NCBI GenBank assembly: GCA_964373795.1
Contig: CAYJVY010000013.1
Location: 1-29,860 of the forward strand
Length of the DNA stretch: 29,860 nt
Reading direction: 5' to 3'
From: an uncultured archaeon
GTDB lineage: Archaea; Iainarchaeota; Iainarchaeia; Iainarchaeales; DATDZZ01
Shown: positions 1 to 5,756 of the stretch, in pieces
Layout of the letters: every line of letters starts with the position of its first letter
Position numbering within the stretch: the stretch's first letter is position 1
The notes under the pieces: model-generated
The model's database searches: none
Told to the model about the DNA's origin: nothing
The model's input: the letters and a program-made list of their open reading frames with translations, nothing else
Position numbers and translations under genes: made by a program

Positions 1-142
1 TTTTGGAAGGGCACAAACAAGTTAACAAAATTATGAAAATAATGGTGTGCGAGTAACCAAAAATTTCGATTGGAAAACTGGTTTAGAAAGATTTAAATAC
101 TACTTATTGCATTATATTATATTGTAATAAATTGGTGGTTTT

Positions 143-430
143 GTGAAGACTGTTAGTATGCGTGTTGAGGAAAGTCAATTAAAGGCAATTCAAGGACTTG
201 GAGAAGAAATGAATTTGGACATGTCTGGTGTGTTTAGAAAAATTGTGGATAAAGGTTTGCAGGAAACTCTTTTGGACCAAGCTGTTGAAAAATACTCTCA
301 AGGCAGTGTTTCGTTATGGAAAGCTGCAGAATTGGCAAAAGTTTCTTTAAGGAAAATGCATGAAGAGCTTTCAAGAAGAGGGATAGATGCACATTTTTCT
401 CAACAAAGTTTTGAAGAAGACACTGCTTGA
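143..430 (+). CDS. UPF0175-family (HTH) antitoxin-like protein
   Basis: 95-aa ORF (GTG at 143; alternative ATG at 158). The C-terminal 'QGSVSLWKAAELAKVSLRKMHEELSRRGI' fits the G-x-[IV]S-L-x-KAAEL...GI pattern I associate with UPF0175 proteins. Its stop lies 15 nt upstream of a PIN-like ORF, which is the usual antitoxin-toxin order. Confidence 0.6.
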   Translation: MKTVSMRVEESQLKAIQGLGEEMNLDMSGVFRKIVDKGLQETLLDQAVEKYSQGSVSLWKAAELAKVSLRKMHEELSRRGIDAHFSQQSFEEDTA

Positions 431-445
431 ATTGGACTTGATTTA

Positions 446-937
446 ATGGTTGTTTCAAACGCTTCTCCATTGATTCTTTTTGCAAAAATCAACAAAGTTG
501 ACCTAATTCTGGAAACATTTGGAAAACCAATAATAATTGAAGAAGAAGTAAGAAAAGAATTAATTGATTCAGGATTGAAGGAAGGATATGCTGATGCACT
601 TTATCTTCAGGAATTGGTTAACAAAAAATCAATAATTGTCAAAAAAGCAAAAGAATCCAAAGAAATAACAGGCATACATTTAGGCGAAACAAAAACAATT
701 TACTTGGCGCTTGAATTAAAGGAAAAAACAGTGCTAATGGACGAAGAAGACGATAGAGCAGCAGCAAAAGCATTTGGATTAGAACCAAAAGGCACTCTTT
801 ATGTCTTATACGAACTATACAAAAAGAAAAAACTGCCAAAACAAGAAGCTATCAAAATCCTTAACCAACTAATTCAGCAAGGATACAGATTATCAACAAA
901 ATACTATGCCCAGTTTCTGGAAAAACTGGGAAACTAA
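446..937 (+). CDS. PIN-like (COG2405/DUF3368-type) putative toxin
   Basis: 163-aa ORF. The N-terminus 'VVSNASPLILFAKINKVDLILETFGKPIIIEEEVRKEL' resembles the PIN-like nucleic-acid-binding proteins that normally pair with UPF0175 antitoxins. It is tightly spaced after 143..430. Confidence 0.6.
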   Translation: MVVSNASPLILFAKINKVDLILETFGKPIIIEEEVRKELIDSGLKEGYADALYLQELVNKKSIIVKKAKESKEITGIHLGETKTIYLALELKEKTVLMDEEDDRAAAKAFGLEPKGTLYVLYELYKKKKLPKQEAIKILNQLIQQGYRLSTKYYAQFLEKLGN

Positions 938-966
938 TAAGTTTAATTAATAAGTTTTGACGAAAA

Positions 967-1494
967 GTGTTTATGAAAAGAAAGGATTTTATTAGAGTTA
1001 AGCCAAGAAGAGTAAAGCCTGGAAAGTATCAGGCTAGAGAAAGAGTGTTTTCTGAAAATCATGTAAGAGAGATTGAAGAACTTTTTTCAACTGCCAAAGA
1101 TGTCTTCAAGGTTGTTGGAAATCACGCTCTTTTAATTTTTCCAACAGAAAAAGAAATTGAAACAGATGCAAAGGATTCTGCTGAACCATTTAAACTTACA
1201 ACATTGCAAAGAGTTCTTTTAGACGATCCAAAACATTACATGGGAACGCAGGGAAGTTATAACTTCAACAAACCTGTAATTAGAGAGGTTTTGAAAAGAT
1301 TTTTTGGGAAAGGAACTTTCAAAGGAACACGAAAACCAAGAATTGTTGTTTTTGCAGGCTTTAGTGGAGAGTTCTCAAAAGCTTTACAGGAAATAGGTTT
1401 TGAAGTAATTCACACTCTGATGCATTACCAGAGTATTCTACTAGAAAAGACATGCCTGCATTTAAAGCTTATGCTCACAGAATTCCTAAACTAG
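967..1494 (+). CDS. Hypothetical protein; possible N-terminal part of a Rossmann/class-I methyltransferase-like gene
   Basis: 175-aa ORF. 'PRIVVFAGFSGEFSKALQEIGFEVIHT' resembles SAM-methyltransferase motif I plus strand beta-2, but the frame ends soon after. The expected acidic residue (D) is found in the overlapping frame of ORF 1452..1787. Confidence 0.4.
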   Translation: MFMKRKDFIRVKPRRVKPGKYQARERVFSENHVREIEELFSTAKDVFKVVGNHALLIFPTEKEIETDAKDSAEPFKLTTLQRVLLDDPKHYMGTQGSYNFNKPVIREVLKRFFGKGTFKGTRKPRIVVFAGFSGEFSKALQEIGFEVIHTLMHYQSILLEKTCLHLKLMLTEFLN

Positions 1495-1787
1495 GCAGGG
1501 TTACAGCATTTGTTTCATTCGAGCCTGGAGCTGTTTTAAATGGCGCACATGCATTGCCATTTTTGTTAAGATCATTAAGTAGAAGCGAAAAAGGAATAAT
1601 TAATGTCTACTCAAAAAAAACAAAACACGCAGTACATCCTGAATCAAGAGAAAACATAATGCTTCCAACTGCTGACGACGTATTCTTTCAAGCATTTTCA
1701 AAAGTTTATGGCACTCAATACAGGTATATTCAAACAAAAGAAGAAATATTTCAACACATTTCAGCAACACCAAACAAAGAGAAATAA
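1452..1787 (+). CDS. Hypothetical protein; probably the continuation of 967..1494 in another frame
   Basis: 111-aa ORF overlapping the previous ORF by 43 nt. Its frame is already open from 1404 (...SNSHSDALPEYSTRKDMPAF...). No motif recognised on its own. Confidence 0.35.
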   Translation: MPAFKAYAHRIPKLGRVTAFVSFEPGAVLNGAHALPFLLRSLSRSEKGIINVYSKKTKHAVHPESRENIMLPTADDVFFQAFSKVYGTQYRYIQTKEEIFQHISATPNKEK

Positions 1788-1798
1788 TTGCTTTTGAC

Positions 1799-1972
1799 AT
1801 GCGTGTTTTAGATTTAATAAAATCAAATCACACAGAATTCCATTCACCCTTAAGAGAAGTCAATATAGAACAACTGCAACAGCAATTGAAAACAACAAGA
1901 CAACAAATAATAGACTCTCTGAAAAGAATCCACTTAGTTTATGCACCCATATCCAGCTACAGAGAATAAAAT
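1799..1972 (+). CDS. Small hypothetical protein (57 aa)
   Basis: ATG ORF below the track cutoff, translated by hand: MRVLDLIKSNHTEFHSPLREVNIEQLQQQLKTTRQQIIDSLKRIHLVYAPISSYRE. It starts 11 nt after the stop of the preceding same-strand ORF. No homology recognised. Confidence 0.2.
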
Positions 1973-2250
1973 AGAGAACACAGGCAACAATAAATTAAAT
2001 TCTACATAACAAAACCTTATGAGGGGCTTTGAAAACAGCTTGCTCCGTTTCAATTCTAGTTACTTGATTTTTATCCGGCATTAAAATTCCCTCGCAAAAT
2101 TCCTAAACCCCTTCTATTTGCCAATTCCTCTTTGTTTATGTCATTTCACGTTTTTAGAGGCGCCTCCAAAAGCATATGAAATGCAGCATAAGGTACATTA
2201 TGCTGCAAAATTGCCTCTAGACTTTTCAATTTTTTGCAAAAAACTGCTTT

Positions 2251-2280
2251 TTAGTGGAAGTTAGTGGGTTGCTTTAGTGG
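2251..2280 (+). repeat. Three direct TTAGTGG(G) repeats
   Basis: TTAGTGG occurs at 2251..2257, 2261..2267 and 2274..2280 (spacing 10 and 13 nt) inside the 430-nt non-coding stretch 1973..2401. Confidence 0.6.
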
Positions 2281-2413
2281 GTGAACGGAGCACACTAAGA
2301 AACCTTTTTTTGGAAAATGGTTATGTAGAAGTTGAGGGTTGGTTTAAATATAATATTTGTTATTTATTTTTTATTCAGTTCTAAATATGGGATAAAATGC
2401 CTTGGATGAAACA

Positions 2414-2656
2414 ATGCCTACAGGAAATATTATTGAATTAAAAAGAAACTTGGTTAGTGCTGCAATTCAATTAGGTTTTTTAAAAATTGAAGGGAGTGGA
2501 TTAGTGTTAACAAAAGCTGGAAGATTAAAGGTTGCAAGCATTCCTGATTTGCTTAAAAGAATTCGTTCAGGACAAATTAAAACTCCTAAGCATGTTCAGG
2601 TACACCCACAACTAAATGAAACTCATTTAAGAAAAGTAGATGTAAGGCTGAGATAA
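2414..2656 (+). CDS. Small basic protein, paralog family P1 (wing-of-wHTH-like 'G-x-L-T-x-x-G' motif)
   Basis: ORF track start is TTG 2402; the first ATG is at 2414. 'AAIQLGFLKIEGSGLVLTKAGRLKVASIPDLLKRIRSGQIKTP' is paralogous to segments of ORFs 3589..3879 and 4035..4367. Confidence 0.45.
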   Translation: MPTGNIIELKRNLVSAAIQLGFLKIEGSGLVLTKAGRLKVASIPDLLKRIRSGQIKTPKHVQVHPQLNETHLRKVDVRLR

Positions 2657-2696
2657 GTTGATTAGCTATTTTAAATGCATTTTGGAGATGTCATTT

Positions 2697-2830
2697 TTTA
2701 GGCACCATGTGTGTTTTTTAGGCACTAGGTTAACACAGCTTTTAGGCACCAGGTTTTTGAATTTTCAGAGGGAAAAATTCATTGGATTTTAGGCACCAGG
2801 AATTGTAATTTTTGAGGTTTTAGGAACTAC
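2697..2830 (+). repeat. Iteron-like array: five direct copies of the 13-nt motif TTTAGGCACCAGG
   Basis: Copies: 2697..2709 TTTAGGCACCATG; 2717..2729 TTTAGGCACTAGG; 2741..2753 and 2788..2800 exact TTTAGGCACCAGG; 2819..2830 degenerate TTTAGGAACTAC. Start-to-start spacing is 20/24/47/31 nt. A 7-bp inverted repeat GAATTTT/AAAATTC (2759..2780) lies between copies 3 and 4. Confidence 0.8.
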
Positions 2831-2895
2831 ATTTTTTGGTAACGAATTTTGAAAATTAAACTAGATAGTCGAAAAGCTTTAAACCAAACATTTAA

Positions 2896-2915
2896 AATAA
2901 GTGACGTCACTTATT
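2896..2915. promoter_or_regulatory. Perfect 20-bp palindrome, putative operator of the RHH/MazF module
   Basis: AATAAGTGACGTCACTTATT is its own reverse complement. It overlaps a TATA-like TTTAAAATAA (2891..2900) and ends 30 nt upstream of the antitoxin ATG at 2945. Confidence 0.55.
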
Positions 2916-2944
2916 ATTTGTTATTTTGTAATGAAGGTTGTATA

Positions 2945-3172
2945 ATGACTAATATTACTTTGTCAATTGAGGATTCTGTATATAAAAAAATGCATGAGCA
3001 TTCAGAAATAAAGTGGAGTGAATTTGTTCGTAAAGCTATAAAAAAGAGATTAGGTGAATTGGATTCTCTGAAAAAAGGTAATGTTGAAAGCATATTCACA
3101 ATGCTCGCTTCTGAAGAAGTTCTTAAAAAAGAGTGGGATAATGAAGCTGATGAAAGGTGGAATAATGTATAA
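2945..3172 (+). CDS. Ribbon-helix-helix (CopG-like) antitoxin
   Basis: I prefer the ATG at 2945 over the track start at 2849. 'MTNITLSIEDSVYKKMHEHSEIKWSEFVRKAIKKRL' has the beta-strand/helix/helix pattern of RHH antitoxins. An acidic C-terminal 'SEEVLKKEWDNEADERW' follows. It overlaps the toxin start by 8 nt (ATGTATAA). Confidence 0.65.
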   Translation: MTNITLSIEDSVYKKMHEHSEIKWSEFVRKAIKKRLGELDSLKKGNVESIFTMLASEEVLKKEWDNEADERWNNV

Positions 3173-3485
3173 TCAAAGAGACATTGTAATTATACCTTTT
3201 CCTTATTCTGACCTAACTGATGCAAAGCAGAGGCCTGCGTTAATTATTTCAAATGATTTAATAAACAAAACAGATGACAGAATATGTTGTCTTATCACAA
3301 GCAATGAACCCTTGAATGGAATTGTTATAGATTCACTTGAGGAAGGAAAACTACCATTCAAAAGTTGGGTTAAACCATATAGAGTGTTTACAGTTCATGA
3401 AAAAATAATTAAAAAAAAGCTCTGCGCAATAACTAAAAATTTTCATAACAAAATAATAGAAAACATAAACCAATATATAAAGTAA
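3165..3485 (+). CDS. MazF/PemK-family toxin (endoribonuclease-like)
   Basis: I prefer the ATG at 3165 (track start 3081). 'MYNQRDIVIIPFPYSDLTDAKQRPALIISND' matches the conserved GDIV-x-V-x-FPF-x-D...K-x-RPALVLS N-terminus of PemK/MazF proteins. Confidence 0.8.
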   Translation: MYNQRDIVIIPFPYSDLTDAKQRPALIISNDLINKTDDRICCLITSNEPLNGIVIDSLEEGKLPFKSWVKPYRVFTVHEKIIKKKLCAITKNFHNKIIENINQYIK

Positions 3486-3588
3486 GCAACTAGATTGGAA
3501 AAACAAATTTTGAAAAGAATTGTTATGTAGAAATTTAATTAGTTTTTAATATGATTAAGACTTTAATTTTTAAGAGGTTTTACATTTA

Positions 3589-3879
3589 ATGCGGAAAAAT
3601 AAAATTGATCCAGATGCTTTAAGGCATATAAAACAAGAGCTAATTAAAGATGGCTTTTTAACTGCAGATGGAAGGCTTACAGAAAAAGGAATGAAAGAAG
3701 CAGAAAAGCGGAGAATTAAAAACCCTGGAGCAGATGCATTGATTTTTAGCATTGCAAGAACTTCTACTTCATTGCCTTTTTTTAGGGGAAAGCTTACTGG
3801 AGCAGTAATACCTGTTTCTAGAAAAAAATCTTTATCTGAAAAAGTTAGAGGTTGGGTTAAAGGGTTTAGAAAGAAATAA
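3589..3879 (+). CDS. Small basic protein, paralog family P2
   Basis: 96-aa ORF. 'LRHIKQELIKDGFLTADGRLTEKGMKEA' shares the G[FY]L-x3-4-G-x-LT-x-KG motif with P1 and P3. The antisense ORF 3570..3899 has no such support. Confidence 0.45.
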   Translation: MRKNKIDPDALRHIKQELIKDGFLTADGRLTEKGMKEAEKRRIKNPGADALIFSIARTSTSLPFFRGKLTGAVIPVSRKKSLSEKVRGWVKGFRKK

Positions 3880-3904
3880 TTTAAAGGTCTAATTAGCACT
3901 TAAA

Positions 3905-3917
3905 TTTAGGCACCAGG
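3905..3917 (+). repeat. Sixth, exact copy of the TTTAGGCACCAGG motif
   Basis: Exact 13-mer, 26 nt after the stop of P2 and 118 nt before P3. It has the same orientation as the array at 2697..2830. Confidence 0.7.
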
Positions 3918-4034
3918 AACTGACTTTTAGTCTGAAATAAATTCTTTCTAGAGGAAAAAGAGTTTTTCCCTAGTTTGTTTGGCATTGCGTTAGAATTATT
4001 AATTCAAAGTGTTTTATTTATTTAGTGAAATTTA

Positions 4035-4367
4035 ATGTCTCGATTTAGACAAGTTGTGCAAAAGTTTAGAGGGCTTGGAGGTAAACCTTCTAAAGCTGAA
4101 AAGCATGTTGGTAAAGGAACTCCTAAAGGAGTTCATCAAGCTGTTTTCAGAGCAAATAGTGCTTTTGCAAAAGAAGTGTTAAGAGATGGTGGTTATTTGA
4201 GTAAGTCTGGTAGATTAACTAATAAGGGTTTAAAGCAGGCTAGAACTGTTCAAGAATTAATTGGAAGACTTTATTCAGGGCAATTAAGTATTCCTATTAA
4301 AGGTTCTTCTAAATTAATTGATTCTGTTCAAAAATTTATTGCTTCAATTAGTGGGGGTGTCTGGTAG
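4035..4367 (+). CDS. Small basic protein, paralog family P3
   Basis: 110-aa ORF. 'VLRDGGYLSKSGRLTNKGLKQARTVQELIGRLYSGQLSIP' aligns with P1 'LGFLKIEGSGLVLTKAGRLKVASIPDLLKRIRSGQIKTP'. Confidence 0.45.
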   Translation: MSRFRQVVQKFRGLGGKPSKAEKHVGKGTPKGVHQAVFRANSAFAKEVLRDGGYLSKSGRLTNKGLKQARTVQELIGRLYSGQLSIPIKGSSKLIDSVQKFIASISGGVW

Positions 4368-4618
4368 AATTGGTTCCTTAATGGGAAAAAAGAAAAAGAA
4401 TTAATTTGTTTTAATTTTGTTCATGTTTATTTTCTTTTCTTGGATTTTTTCTTTGGATGTTTTTCTTTTTTATGGTGTTGTCCTGTTAACCATGCATGAA
4501 GTGCTTTTAAAACCATTTTAATTCCTCCTATCTACTTTCACAATAACGTTTAAGCTATATTTAAAGCTTTGTAGTTTGAAAAATAGTCATTTTTATTCGT
4601 GTGTGAGTGGGAAATAAT

Positions 4619-4627
4619 TTTATATAA
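4619..4627 (+). promoter_or_regulatory. Archaeal TATA-box-like element
   Basis: TTTATATAA is centred about 24 nt upstream of the ATG at 4647. This is consistent with a leaderless or short-leader archaeal transcript. Confidence 0.4.
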
Positions 4628-4646
4628 TAAGGTTCATTAATTATTT

Positions 4647-5591
4647 ATGCCTAGAAGTTCTATTACTAGATCTAGAAGAAGAAGTGATTTTCTTTCTACA
4701 AGAGGGCCTTTAAGATCTCCACCTATTTCAAGAAGATATTCCAAGGGTGCACTTCCTCCTGAAAGAAAACAAGCAGTCAAACAAGTAATGTTAAACTCCA
4801 GCCCTCCAAAAGTTAGTGAAGTTTTGCCTCTGAAACCAATGGCTTTACCTGAATTTCAAGGCCCTGTTGTGAGAACTGCTTTAACTAAAGCAAGAATAAT
4901 TAAATCAGAAAAACCTTTATCAGAAGAATCTTTAGAACAAGAAAGAGCTAAAAATTTAAGGAAAATAATTTTTCCAAAAAAAGGGTCAATGGAGTCTGCT
5001 AGACTGATTAGAGCAGTTGATTCTGCTGCAAGAAATTTAACTGATGCTTTTTTTCAAGCTAAGAGGCAGTTTTTTTTGTTTGAAAACAGACATTTAAGTA
5101 ACCTATCTTCTCATGGAGTTAACTTAAATAATTTAAGGAACAGATTAACAGAACTAACACGTGAAAAAGCATTATTAAGCTGGGAAATAGATCGTGCTTT
5201 TCGTTCTAGCTCTCTTTCTAGAAGAATTCCTATTTTAAGAATGCGGCTTGCTAGAATAGGGAAAGCCCTTAACGGAATTGATTCTTATTTAATGGAGAGA
5301 GATGCCTTAACTGAAGCAGTTAAAGATTCTTTTTTAAAAAGAGGAAGATATTTTTCTGAATTATTGGGCGTAAAAGTTGATGAATTAGTTTCACTTGCTG
5401 AAGGTCATGCAAGACAATTTAGAACTTCTGAAAGCAAGCAAATTAGAACCCCTGACGAATCTAGCCTTGTTTATGGATTAATTTTAACTAATTTGAAAGA
5501 GGTTTTACAGCGAAGAAGGCAAGAACTATTAGTAGAGCAAAGGCGTAGAAGTAATATAATTTCTTTAGAGGAAAAAAGAAAAGCAGGTTAG
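4647..5591 (+). CDS. Hypothetical basic protein (Arg/Ser-rich N-terminus, helical remainder)
   Basis: 314-aa ORF with an ATG start and a TATA-like box upstream. N-terminus is 'MPRSSITRSRRRSDFLSTRGPLRSPPISRR'. No motif recognised. Confidence 0.5.
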   Translation: MPRSSITRSRRRSDFLSTRGPLRSPPISRRYSKGALPPERKQAVKQVMLNSSPPKVSEVLPLKPMALPEFQGPVVRTALTKARIIKSEKPLSEESLEQERAKNLRKIIFPKKGSMESARLIRAVDSAARNLTDAFFQAKRQFFLFENRHLSNLSSHGVNLNNLRNRLTELTREKALLSWEIDRAFRSSSLSRRIPILRMRLARIGKALNGIDSYLMERDALTEAVKDSFLKRGRYFSELLGVKVDELVSLAEGHARQFRTSESKQIRTPDESSLVYGLILTNLKEVLQRRRQELLVEQRRRSNIISLEEKRKAG

Positions 5592-5668
5592 TTTAAGAAT
5601 TTTTTCAATTTTTCAAGCGAAAGGGTTAAATATTGTCTATGTTTTAATAATAATATAAGGGCCTACCT

Positions 5669-5700
5669 AGAGCATGTCTTTTTTTTAAAAGACGTGCTCT
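5669..5700. terminator. Bidirectional hairpin between convergent genes
   Basis: AGAGCATGTC (5669..5678) pairs with GACGTGCTCT (5691..5700): a 10-bp stem including one G-U pair. The loop is TTTTTTTTAAAA. T/A runs on both sides could serve the 4647..5591 (+) and 5757..6959 (-) genes. Confidence 0.5.
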
Positions 5701-5756
5701 TATCCATTTACTATTTTTTTCAAACAAATTAGAACTTATTTGCTATTTTTAAAAAC

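Noticed and set aside
1-142. Possible gene end or RNA at the left edge.
   Set aside because: No open frame of useful length and no structured or GC-rich segment is present. It probably holds only the promoter region of the first TA pair.
2251-2280. Chromosomal replication origin (ORB-like boxes), because TAGTGGAAG resembles the CAGTGGAAA ORB core.
   Set aside because: The match is only partial. There is no G-string, no flanking orc1/cdc6 gene and no inverted ORB pair around an AT-rich unwinding element that I can see. It is kept only as a low-probability remark within the non-coding-region finding.
2697-2830. Possible miniature CRISPR array (repeated motif with spacers).
   Set aside because: The repeats are only 13 nt, the spacers are irregular (7-34 nt), and copies degenerate in both directions. 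No cas genes or leader are present. It fits binding-site iterons better.
3570-3899. 109-aa minus-strand ORF covering the same DNA as P2.
   Set aside because: It has no recognisable motif. The plus-strand ORF is supported by paralogy to P1 and P3 and by strand consistency with all neighbours.
3953-3969. GGAAAAAGAGTTTTTCC here and GGAAAAGAGTTTTTCC at 8211..8226 as a dispersed repeat family.
   Set aside because: Both are short A/T-run palindromes lying shortly after stop codons. They are most simply weak terminator hairpins, and their low complexity makes chance recurrence plausible.
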